Assembly (NCBI RefSeq): GCF_009914755.1
Contig: NC_060930.1
DNA: 64,000 nt
Reading direction: 5' to 3' (one strand)
DNA from: the human T2T-CHM13v2.0 reference genome, Homo sapiens
Part shown: in pieces, positions 12,368-24,925 of the stretch
How positions within the stretch are numbered: the first letter of the stretch is position 1
How the letters are laid out: each line of letters opens with the position of its first letter
Program-made: the position numbers and the translations under genes
The notes under the pieces: generated by a model
The model's input: only the letters and a program-made list of their open reading frames with translations
What the model was told of the DNA's origin: nothing
Database searches by the model: none

Positions 12368-12853
12368 AAGAAAGTCCACATTTAATCCATTTCTTTTCTC
12401 TTCACAGGCAATTCTTGAAAATCAGAATGCATTGTAAACACCCTTCTCCCCAACTTACATGTTATACTTGTCTTGTTTTAGTTCTGTTTTTTTAGCCTCA
12501 TCTATTAGGCAATTATCATTTTATAGAGTCAAATTCTGTATTGACAACCCTCCTATTTATCATTTTCTTTTCCCATCATTTCTATTTGTACCACAGGCTT
12601 TTCATTTTGAAACATTTTTGTTCTTAAAGTTTGTACCTTGGATGTTCCTCTAGAGTAGGTTGGTGGTAGTAAAATTCCTTAATTTCTGTGTAAGATATTT
12701 TTATAGGCTCTTTCATATAATTCTAGATTTGCAGGTAATTCTCAGGACTTTAAAGATATTACCATGCTGTCTTCTAGATATTGTTCTTTCTATTGAGAGA
12801 CCAGCCTAGTGTTCATTTCTTCATAGGTAATCTTTTTCCACTCAGTTCTTTTT

Positions 12854-13543
12854 TAAATTGTTATTATACTTTAAGTTCTGGGGTACATGTGCAGAACATG
12901 GAGATTAGTATACACGTGCCGTGGTGCTTTGCTGCACCCATCAACCTGTCATCTACATTAGGTATTTCTCCTAATGTTATCCCTCCTCTAGCCCCCCACC
13001 CCTCACCAGGTCCCGGTATGTGATGTTCACCTCCCTGTGTCCATATGTTCTCATTGTTCAGCTCCCAGTTATGAGTGAGAACATGTGGTGTTTGGTTTTC
13101 TGTTCTTGTGTTAGTTTGCTGAGAATGATGGTTTCCAGCTTCATCCATGTCCCTGCAAAGGACATGAACTCATCCTTTTTTATGGCTGCATAGTATTCCA
13201 TGGTGTATATGTGCCACATTTTCTTTATCCAGTCTCTCACTGATGGGCATTTGGGTTGGTTCCAAGTCTTTGCTATTGTGAACAGTGCTGCAATAAACAT
13301 ACGTGTGCGTGTGTCTTTACAGTAGAACGATTTCTAACCCTTTGAGTATATACTCAGTAATGAGATTGCTGGGTCAATGGTATTTCTAGTTCTAAATCCT
13401 TGAGGAATCACCACACTGTCTTTCACAGTGGTTGAACCAATTTACACTCCCGCCAACAGTGTAAAAGCATTCCTATTTCTCCACATCCTCTCCAGCATCT
13501 GTTGTTTCCTGTCTTTTTGATGATCACCATTCTAACTAGTGTG
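12854..13543 (-). mobile_element. L1PA7/L1PA8-type 3' end, 5'-truncated
   Basis: Antisense L1 3'UTR plus ORF2 end. TSD agttcttttt at 12844-12853 and 13544-13553. Confidence 0.9.
13058..13300 (-). pseudogene. L1 ORF2p C-terminal remnant (non-functional)
   Basis: MFIAALFTIAKTWNQPKCPS...WHIYTMEYYAAIKKDEFMSFAGTWMKLETIILSKL is the recognisable L1 ORF2p C-terminus. Confidence 0.92.
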
Positions 13544-15276
13544 AGTTCTTTTTATCTTGAAGTTCTATTATTTTACTACAGTTTGTCCAAGAGTGGACTT
13601 TTAACTATATATATCATGCTTGGGATTGTCCAAGAGTGGATTTTTAAAAATATATATCATGCTTGGGATTCATTGAATTGTCTCAATCTGAATGTATTTT
13701 GCTAATTATGGAAAGTCCCTGAGTACTTTACGTATTGCCTTTTCCACATTTTCTCATCTTGCACTCTGGAATTCCAAACAGATATATGTTTCACATGCTT
13801 CCTCCACCTTGTATGTCTCTTAACTGATTTTTAACATTTCCTGTGTGTGTCTGTGTTCTACAAACAATAATTTCTTATTCATCTTCCAATTTACTACATC
13901 TCTCTTCAGCTGTGTCAAATCTTTCATTCAGCCTATCCACTGAATTCTATTAATTATTTTAGTTTTTATTTATAGAGATTCTATTTTTCTCCTCCACCAA
14001 AAAAAAATTCCTGAACATTTGGGATAGTCTGGTATTCCTTTGTGATAGTTTCCCTACCTTTTAAAAATGCGTTAAGTATATTTATTTTATAATAAGCCTG
14101 TAGTCTTTGTGTATTTTATACTTTTGATTTGAGACCTTGTTTGTAGCACTTTACAGGGGTAATTTTTGTGGCCCTGATTTAATATGTATCCCCCACAGAA
14201 GATAAATGTTTGTTTCAGCCAGGTGGCTAAAGGCACTAGCAACCCAGGATCAATTTAAACTAAATTTTCATCTTGGGGTTTTTGGACCACACAAATAGAA
14301 TGAATTCTGGCTCAGAACCTGAGTAAATGCCTTGCTTGTGGTTACAAAATTTTCAGGCTTTTTTCCCCTATATCCGCAGCCAATTTTTTTAGTTTTTCTT
14401 TTGATATCATATTTTTTCTAGTTAATTCTTTGCTAAAGATGTTGCCTTTTGAAGGTGCTGGCATCATGAGGCCATGTTTAATTCAACTTCTTACCTGATC
14501 AGTCCATAGTCCTTATCATCTATATTTCATTCACTTGGTTCATTGAAAGAAAACTTTGGGTACCAGGGCCTGGCAGATGTCCCACTTGGCAGCTGTCCAA
14601 TTTAGTGCTGTAAAAGATCTCTAGGTCTATGCTTTCTTGTTCCCTTTGGCCTTTGTGAAGCTGCTTCCTTTATTTCTTGCCAGAATAGTCAAGCATTTAG
14701 AAAGATGTCTTTAAAAGTTTTATCTAGCACTTTTAGGATTTTTGTAATGGGGGTTGTTTGTTTGTTTTTAAAGACACTTAATCTGTGTATTGTCAGAAAT
14801 GAAAGTCCAGAAACTATTCATGCAAGTAATTTAATAAGCTATTTCTTTTTTAAAATAGCTGAAGGAAACTTTATAATTTCAAGAGATAAGAAAAAGGGTT
14901 ACTGAATCAGGTTTTCACTAGTGCTGTGTTGCTTAAGTCACAAATGTGAAGGTTTACTCTTTCCATGTCTAAAGTTTATTTTACTGTAAATATTTTTGTG
15001 TTCCATCATGAATTGGCTTTTTCAGAAGTATATCCAGAATTCAGAATGAAACCTATTGTGTGTTCTGATTCTCACATAATTTAACTACGTAATAAGAACA
15101 TATTCTCTTATCATGAAAACCAACTCGTTTTTCTATCTACTCTTGAGGATTTTCATCTTTCAGTCTAAACTTTTGTGTGTGGGTAGTAGACAGTTTGGTA
15201 GAAGGATGGTTATACTGGTGACTGTAGCAGTTAATAATCAGCACCCATTTGGTTAGGACTCCCAAATCACTCTTAG

Positions 15277-15649
<373 letters not shown>

Positions 15650-16691
15650 AATATAAATTATAATTCTATTAACTTTACCTGATAATTCTTTCAAGATGAA
15701 TTTCTAATCTCAAACTACACATGTATTATAATCGCATGCCCCAACTTTACACAGTGAATCAGAATTTACTGTGTAATTTAAGAAAGAAAAAAATGATCTG
15801 TAACTGAAAGTAAAGATTATTAAAATGAAAATTAAGTGTTTCTCAAAGTTTAGGATGAAGAATAGGGCAATAGTTGAAAGGACAGGGTACGAGAAAAATA
15901 CCCTTTTCCATCTGAGCTTTGTTTCACTGATTTATAGTAAGAAAACTGTTCTGCCAGTTGAACTGACCTGATGCAACTAAGTAACCTTTGCGGTTACTTT
16001 TACCTACTAACTTAGAGTTTTTACTAATCTTGTTATTGCATCAAAAAGCTATTACAATCCTAATTATAAATATATTTCAACCTTCCGAAAATGGAATTAA
16101 ATGTATTGTGATGTTTGTTTTATGATTTGATTATTTTAAAAATAACTATTATGGATGTGTCCACATTTGTTGTTAATTTGTGTCCTTTGTGGGGCTTCAT
16201 TTTTCCCACTAAAGAACTTTCTTTCCTAGTAGCTAAAAGCAAACTTTTTATTTCATAGCCTGTATATCCAATTTCTAATATAATACTTGGATTAAGAAAG
16301 TATTTTACAAATAAGATTTTTTTCTTCTTTAGGATAATTATCTTGGATTTTCCAGATTTAAACCATATCCTCTATACATTATTGCATCTTTTTATCCAGT
16401 TCTTAATATTTCATCCACTGGAATGATAATTCTACAAGACCAATATTAAACAATATGGGGATGGCCATCCTTCTTGCTTTATCCTTGGTTTAATTGCATT
16501 TTGTTTTACCAACAAGTATATACATTTTAACTGCATTAAAAGTATCTTTTAAATTCTAATTTATTAAAGTTTACTTTTAGTCAAAAATGAATGTAAAATA
16601 TTATCAAATGATTTTTCAGAATTTATCAAAATAATCATGTGGTTTTTACCTTTTGACTTACTACTCCGAGTATTTCAGAAATGGATATCTA

Positions 16692-16994
16692 GGCCAGGTG
16701 TGGTGGCTCACGCCTGTAATCCCAGCCCTTTGGGAGGTCTGGAGGCAGGCACATGGCTTGAGCTCAGGAATCTGAGATCAGCCTGGACAACATGATGAGA
16801 CCCCCATCTCTACAAAAACACAAAAATTAGCCGGGCCTGGTGGCACGTTCCTGTAGCCTCAGTCACTCTGGAGGCTGAGGTGAGAGGATCACTTGAGCCC
16901 AGGGGGTGGAGGTTGCAGTGATCCATGATTTCGCCACTGCACTTCAGCAAGAGTGACAAAGTGCAACCCTGTCTCAAAAAATAAAAATAAAAAA
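16692..16994 (+). mobile_element. AluJ (Jb-like)
   Basis: ggccaggtgtggtggctcacgcctgtaatccc...gaggatcacttgagccc...A tail. Confidence 0.93.
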
Positions 16995-17139
16995 GCGGGT
17001 GGGGGACAGATACCTGAATTTATATCATCACTGGATTTCTGAAGTAAAACTCTTCCAGAACTGTAGTTAGCCCTTTCTTCTATAATGTCTCTTGTCCTCA
17101 TTCTTAGATCAAGTTTTATCTGATATTCATACTTATAAT

Positions 17140-17345
17140 TTACTGCCTACTTGGTATTTTACATGCCTTATCTCATTTAATTCTCACAACCACCATGAAA
17201 GTTAAATACCACTATCTTCGTGCAACTATCTTAACATTTTGTGCACAGGAAATGAGGTTCAATGAAAGTAAAGCGCTTGCCTGTTGTCTAATGGCTGGTT
17301 ACCAAAAATGTCTGCTGCTAAAATCTGGGTTTATCCCATGACACT
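17140..17345 (-). mobile_element. MIR
   Basis: ttatctcatttaattctcacaaccacc...ggaaatgaggttcaatgaaagtaaag. Confidence 0.65.
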
Positions 17346-20300
17346 GACAGCTGAGCCTGGGATCAGGTCAGTGGAGATTAATATTTATTTTAAAGATGTC
17401 TTCAGCAAGTAATGTGGCTACGAGCTTTACTGTTCTTACTTGCCAATGGCTAAACTTTATGTCACCTGACTGTGCTGAGTGCCTTTCACCAGTGCCCTCC
17501 ACCCTACAATCCACCACCCCTATCCCCAACCCTACCCTCACACAAGAATATATACAGCTATAGGGCTAAAGGGAAAAAATACAAAGGAAGCCAATTGATT
17601 TTCCGATGCTATAATAATTTGGGTGATTTAACATCCTATGGAGGCTAGATAGCATCCTTCTGGCGTCACCTGCCTTCTTTTCCTTCTTTTGGCTTCATCT
17701 CTAACCCTGGCCAGACTCAGCATCCCCTGATCATATATGAGATTGCTCATTCGTATTATATTGTAGGACCTACTAACACCCATTAGTTCTTATTTTTCCA
17801 AATCTGAAAGTTCTACTATCAAAGTTACCTTAATATGACTTATTTTTATCTTCTAATTCTAAATTCCAGGAAGAGTTCTGGAAAACCAGAAACTGAAGCT
17901 AGCAACTAATTTACCCAATGTCCATGAAATTATTAATTCTGAAAAAGTTTTTTTAAGTGACTAAAAGACAAGATGTGCTTAACCAAGGGTCAAACTTACC
18001 GTAAGGGTATTAGATGTCTAGAAGGCAGTGGTATGTTTTATTAGCTCCATTATATATTCATCAAGTATGATGAATTCTATACACTTCTTACATCAATTCT
18101 ATACACTTCTATACACTTCTTAAGGAAATGTTTGTGTGTCTATGGGAGAAATAAATAAAATGCCTTTTAACCATTATAAATTAATCTTCTTTGAAAGGCA
18201 AAATCAAATTTGGGAGCTGATACATAATTATGTGATTTCCACTTTGAGGGTAGCATCTTGCAGTGCAATAATCTGTTTCTCAAACTTAACTATATTGTAT
18301 ACGTTGTATTTGCCTGCATTGAGCTTCTAAGAAGACTGCTTCTTTCTTATGGGTTTTGGGGGTAGGATGAAGAAGGATACAGAAAGGTAACAGACAACTG
18401 AAGAATTTAAAACAGAGGGGCAACACCAGAGAAAAGAAAAGCCATGTATACACTTCATTTTGATGAAAAAAAAACCCTCATTTCTGTTACTTTTATGTTT
18501 TTAATGATAGAAGTATGAAGAATACATAGATGATGGTCAACTTTTTAAGGAAACAGGATTATTCTTTTCTAGTCCTAAATTATTTGAAAACAGAGATCTT
18601 ACCCTTCTCACCACCAAGCACAAGATTTTCTTCAGTAAATATGGTTTCATTTGATTTCTCTGCACATACATTTCTACAATCAACTACAATAGAGGCTAAG
18701 CATATAGGATGAAGGAAGGTAATTTGATAATATGTACATGACCTCAGCATTTTGAAAGAATGTCATGTGTAGAGTATGGCATTAGGGTTGTGGGATTCTG
18801 GAAAGCACTCCAACGGAAATAGGACTATCAGTAGTGGCACCTGTGAGCAGACTTCAATAGAAGCTGCATAACAAGCAGTGACAAATCAAAAACTTGCATT
18901 CAAAGCCCTGTGTTCATTGCATCTGTGTTCTTTGAAAAAAAAGATGCGTAAAAATAGATGCACAAAATAACCCTTGCCCTCTAGGAGTTAACATACTAAT
19001 TGAACTCATACATACTTCACATACCTTCACACATATCTTCACATACCTTCAAGTATAGGGAGAAAAACCCTGTTCATGTCATAAATATAATCAATAACAT
19101 CTCATGGTTAATTACAGGAATGGTAGTGTTAATATAAATGCTGACCAATTAATTACCAATAAATACTAACAAATTAGTGACCAATAAATATTTTCACCAG
19201 AAAGCACATCAGAGAAATATATTTCATGTTTTTTGTGATTTCATAATAGGAGCAGGTTACCATTTTCAGCAATTACACATATCATATAAATATTTTAATA
19301 GCTGAGGGCATGTATGAAAATATAAAGACCCTATCAATATGCATTTGCTAGTTAGTTTACAAAAAATATGTGTCATCAGAAGGCGAAGAATAGTTAATTT
19401 ACTGACCACGAATGTCCTCTTGTTTTCCAGAACTTCAAATTCTTATATTTTTGAACAACATGTTCTTAAATTACAAAAAGAATATAAAAATGTCGGGCTC
19501 AAAACAAAACACACTGCCAGAGCAGAAATAATAGAAAGATAACATATAACTGGAATTCTGATTCCCAACTATTAGTAAAAAGCCATAAACCTATACAGAT
19601 CCCTTAGCATCTCTGGGTCCATTTGACCAGAGATAGTTGGAGTTAGGTCAACAGGGTCTCTTTAGCCCTTTCCTACTTCTGAATTATACAAACTGTATGA
19701 TGTCAAACTATAATACAGAGAAAACAGTGCAGAGACAAACCTGCCACTCTAATTTGTCCCATGACAATAAATGTTGTTAGGCCTCAGATTCTACAAAGAT
19801 AAACTGATGAACTCAATCTTTAAAAAAAAAAATCCCTTAAACTTCTGAAATTTTATATTGTTTATGTATATTTGGAAGTATATTTCAGGGTACATTGTAC
19901 TTTATTGTGGGTCAATAGGGGGAGCTCTCTCATTGCTTTTTTATGTATACCACAAATAATAGAATTTACTTTACCTTAATTTTAAAGATTGGGCTGGATT
20001 ATTTCATTACAATTAGGTACTTATAAGCCAGAGGCATCTCATTACTCACTACAGCAATATTAAGGTAGGCCATGTACTCAGCTGTGCCCCTTTAACTTTG
20101 AGGGCTTTTTAATCATCCATCAAAGCACACGTTTGTTAGTCTGCTTAAACCATTGCAGAAGTTGTTTTGTTTTCTGTTTGTTTTTTGGACTCCAGCTTCT
20201 TCAGATGAAGTTAAGGTCTATGTTTGATTTGTATTCAAACCTATAAGAGTTAAAGGCAGGAGGAAAGGTTTATGGAGATTAAAAAGCAAGAAACCATTTC

Positions 20301-22779
20301 ATTAGGTCTGTGCTTCTGTGGGTTGAACTTGCTACACACACAACTTGACGTGTGTACTTCAATTATTATTATTCAATTATATATTTCAGGGGCTTGGCAT
20401 CTTTGCTCTTTACTGTTTTTTATTTCTTCATGTGTTATATATAATCCACTTCCCTAGCTCACAGAGGATAAAAGCAGTTCATCATAGAATCTTTAGGAAG
20501 TTTGCTTTCTCTAATTGAAACAGATGTCCCTTATGTTAATTAGAATATGAAACATGGGTTGTTAACTGTTAGCTTTCAAATGAAACTCATACATTAATGT
20601 TCAGGTAAAATGAAAATGAGACAACACAAGTTTAATAGACATTTCTTCAATAAAGTTGTGGTTTATAGTTAGGATGAAATTTTATTGCTTACTGTGATTT
20701 ATACCTACTTTATCTAAAGGTTCGTGGTGGCCAACAAATAACGGCTCATATTTTTTGGCCATTTTTCCTTGAAAACACAACTACATTTTAAAATATGGAA
20801 AAGTAATTTATAAGGGAAATGAAAAAAGCTTACATGGAAGATTACATAAAATACATCTGTCTTTTCAAGCCATTGAGATATATAAACAACTCGTTAAAAC
20901 CTTAAAATGCCAAGAGGAAGGACAAAAGATTCTTTTATTGCAATGAACTTTTGAAAAGATGTCTTTTTTTTTTTCTTTACTTTAAAGGAGTAAGCTTTTT
21001 ACTTCACATCTAAAGATCTTGATTAAATTTTTTGTGTGTATGTGCGTATATTTTAAAATAGTATCACTTGAGGTTCTTTCTTCCGAGGAATCAGTGATAG
21101 AGCAAATACATAAGAAAAATAAACATATTTGGCAGCCAAGAAGCTTTTTTTCAATGAAAGTAGAATCTTTTGTTTTTGACTGGAAAGGTTTTTCTTTTTA
21201 TGTCAAATGAAATTTTAAGATCACCTATGAGTTTGGAACCAAATCCTTTACTGCCAAATCTGATTCCAATCCTTAAAATCTGTTTTTGTAATACTGCCAG
21301 CCATGCACTAACTTTAAATAGGTAGCCAGACATATTGGCAAAAATATACATGGTTAATCAAATAAAACTATGTAGCAGTTTGGAAACAATCAATCAACTT
21401 TCAGAATCTTTTAAGTATGAAGCTGCTGTGAAGACATCATGGCTTGCAGTGAAATATTGCAATAAAACTCCATAAGCAGCTGCTTTTGAATTCATCTTCT
21501 CCTTTGTTTTTAAATTTTCATAGACCTGCCTCTTAACTATGAATTTTATAAGCTTTTGAAAGAAAAAAACCTGGCAACCTACTATTACAACTAACAAAGA
21601 AACGAGGAATGGTAATACAGTTGGAAGCTGAACTCACTGCAAGAACTGCCAACTTGAACTTATCTAGTTAACTATTACTGTACGGATTGCACTTGAAACG
21701 GCTTTTGATGGCTGACATTATTTTACTGAAAAGAATATGTGTGAAGGTACTTAAGCACTTTCTCTTGTGTTTTATAGCTTAAGTTTCTTTTCAAATAAAA
21801 GACAACATAATCTAAAAAATCCAGATATCCCAACATTAGCAGATTTCATTTCTGTTAGATGAGAAAACTATTACTATTCTTTAAATACACACCAATGACA
21901 AACCCACAAGACCTTCACTTATTTTTTTTAATTTTATATTTTAAAAGAGGAACAAAAATTGCATTTCACAAATGAATTATTTATGAGATAATAATTCTAA
22001 CCCTGCAGTTACATTAGAATGTTTTATTGCTTCTACTTGGTAGGCATTCTTCTTTATTGTAATCCTAAATGTAATTAATTTGTAATCTTAAGACTAGTGA
22101 ACAATTTGGCTTCATCAAAACAAAATGTTTGCTATTATCAAATATTAAAATTCAATTAGAAAACACTGAAAAAACTATTCCCCCTCCTTTTCTGTGTCTG
22201 AGATCAATTTTGCTTATCTCAGTGGTGGCTAATAACGTTAGCTCCTAACAAATTGCATTTCTGTATAAGGTTTCTTTCTGTGTGTTCTTTGCGTGTTGGG
22301 GGTGGGGGTGGGTTTTCATTTTACTAAACAGTTTTAGTTTCTATTTTCTTTCTTTTTCTCATACATGAGCTAAAATCTCTCCAGATTTGGTCATAGATGA
22401 AAATCTAAGGATGATGTCTGAAGTGTAGATGGGTATGTATTTGGAAAATATATGACTTACAGTGGTAAAATTTGTTTTTGAGCAATGTTCATAAAGTATC
22501 ACAGTGTTAGAAATAATGCTGAATTCAGAACTAGAGGAAAAAAAACGTGTGGTGAAATAGCTGATAGATAGTTTAAATATAAGAATGTCTGCATATTGAG
22601 TACTCTTGTTTTCTTTAATAAAAGCATAACATGTAAGTTAAAGAGCAGGTTATCATAAATAAATCCAAGACAAAAGAAGAGAAATACCAAACCACTGGCT
22701 CACTCCCTGTTCCTCATGAGTGCCCTTGGCTGCCCCAACTCCTACATAATTTCTAAGGCCCAGCAGAGACTTCTCTGCC

Positions 22780-23040
22780 CAAATCTGAACCTATCCCTCT
22801 TTCCCCTCAACTTTGCCATGTCTTCCATATCCTGCCTAGGTCAGGTGACCTTCTTCTACACATTCTAATTCCCCTACCATACCTAATCATTGCACTTGCA
22901 AGTTTTATTTATGTGTTTACTGCATATCTCTTTGTTTCCAACTAAATTGTAATCTTCTTGAAGGTAGAATTGCCTTGTCATCTTTACTTCCTCAGTGTTT
23001 CATATAATGCTTGTCTAAAAGTCAAGAAATGAAAGAATGC
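22780..23040 (+). mobile_element. L2 3' fragment
   Basis: actaaattgtaatcttcttgaaggtagaattg...cctcagtgtttcatataatgcttg...gaaatgaaagaatg. Confidence 0.55.
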
Positions 23041-23329
23041 ATATCTAAACCACAATTTCCACTACTAAAACCTAACTATTCATAAGCGCAGACTCAAACA
23101 CAGTTATGGTCGGTTTGGCTAGTGAATAGTAACCATATGAAAAGATGAGGGCTGATGAAAGAATGATAACTTGGTTTTTCTAGGATCACACACTCAGGGT
23201 TCAGGGAGGAAGCAGTAAATGAGTCATGTAGCTTTGAAAAAAAGGATAGAAGCTGGATCTACAGAAAGCAGCCAATGCTCAGCTTCAGTCAGCTTTTTAG
23301 CATGAGGGGATACAAGTGGAGTGTTTGTT

Positions 23330-23490
23330 GCCAGAGCTGAAGACTTTTTAAGTAATTGCAAAATTTAGATTTTTTTAATGTAAAATTTTCTAGATCTTAA
23401 ATTATAGCTTGACATTTCTAAAAACATCCTGTGAGCCAAGAAAATATGTGAACAAACTGTAGATGACATGTGGGGCTATCCATGACCTCT
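23330..23490. mobile_element. hAT-Charlie-like (MER102-like) remnant
   Basis: aatgtaaaattttctagatcttaaatt...cctgtgagccaagaaaatatgt...gacctct resembles a Charlie-family end. Confidence 0.35.
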
Positions 23491-24899
23491 AAGTAGAGAG
23501 AAGATGACATAACCATCTTCCTTAGATTAAAACGGAAACAAGAATAATGAAAACCCTTTCTGTCAAATTGGAAAAATACATTTATATTCTTATTTACATT
23601 TGCGTACGTTTAATTTTACACTCAAACTTATATGCAAACTTATACTTTATAGTTATATTCTTATTTAAATGTATACTTATATGGCCAGACTTGGTAGGTT
23701 TCGGTTCAAAATGAAGAAACTGAAGGGCAGTTTAGACCTAGATGGCAACAAGAAGAGTACGATTGTAAAAATGCCGACCTTATTACTTGGGTTTCAATCC
23801 AAGTTTTTAGGCAGCTTATTTTTCTGACCTTTAAAACCACCTTTGAATTTCTGATAAACACAGAACTAAGCTGAAAAGAAAAGGTATTTACAACATCACC
23901 TTTGGATAACTTTAAAGCTGCTCAAGTATTTTTGCAGTGACAGATTGGGATGGAATGCTGGGAAAATAACAGCACTGGAAACAAAGCAGACGGGTTTTAT
24001 CTCAACTTTTTATATCCAACTGAAGCACACTTCACCTGTGAATAGTGATTATTAAGTTTCTTTCAAGGGAAGGGGGCCTGTAATTCACAAATGCTGCAGG
24101 TGTGAACTCCTAGGAGGCTTTTCTCCAACTGAAAGGACGTTAATCATTATTCATGGGTGAGATAGTCCATTTATTCCACAGCAGAGAAAGAATTCCTTTT
24201 TTATCTTCTTAAAACATGAGACCTTCAATTTTATAAGCTTCACAACAATAAAAGATTCCCTCTTAGAATTACATTTATTGGAGGTTGTTCTTATATTGTG
24301 CTCGTTTTTTAAATACTTGAATTTCTTGGAGTTACTAAAATGTCAGTAAGAGTGTGTAGTTTAAATAGTAATTAATTACTTATTCAACAAAATTTCCATA
24401 GGCATCTGGTTATTCTAGACCAATATTATCAATGCCTATGAATAGGAAATAAATTTTATCAAAATGAAATCCAAGAGAGTGGTTGTATTGGATTTTGTTT
24501 GTGTCAAGTGTTGCTTCAAGTAAGCGAGTCACTGGCTGAGTTTAGAAATCTTTTGGCTGCATAGAGATAATATATTTGTTGTGAAAATCAACTGACAGTG
24601 TAGATTCACAAACATCATATTTCTTGACAAGCTGTTAGCGAATATTCTTATTTTATTCCTCACTCCATACATTTCACTAATTTTCTGTTCATTTTTTTGA
24701 ATATTGAAAATTTATTAAGATATGTATATATTTTTACAAACATATGGCTAGTCTTTTTGCTTTCAAGCAATGGTGTGCACATGATATAAATTCTTGCAGT
24801 TCATATGTGCATCTGAATGATGGTGCAGGAAAATCAGATATTGTAAAAGTATAGAATCATTTTTAATTTGCCTTTAACACTTGTTATCATGCTAGATTC

Positions 24900-24925
24900 C
24901 AAAACAAACAAACAAACAAACAAAC
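24900..24925. repeat. (CAAA)n
   Basis: Directly visible. Confidence 0.9.

Larger units (their letters stand above)
11960..14800 (-). mobile_element. Ancient L1M 5'/ORF1-region or HAL1-like remnant hosting two L1PA insertions
   Basis: Degenerate motifs (ttcctctagagtaggttggtggtagtaaaattcc, tctctcttcagctgtgtcaaatct, cagcctatccactgaatt). Confidence 0.5.

Noticed and set aside
22298-22312. G-rich run as a G-quadruplex
   Set aside because: Only three G-tracts.
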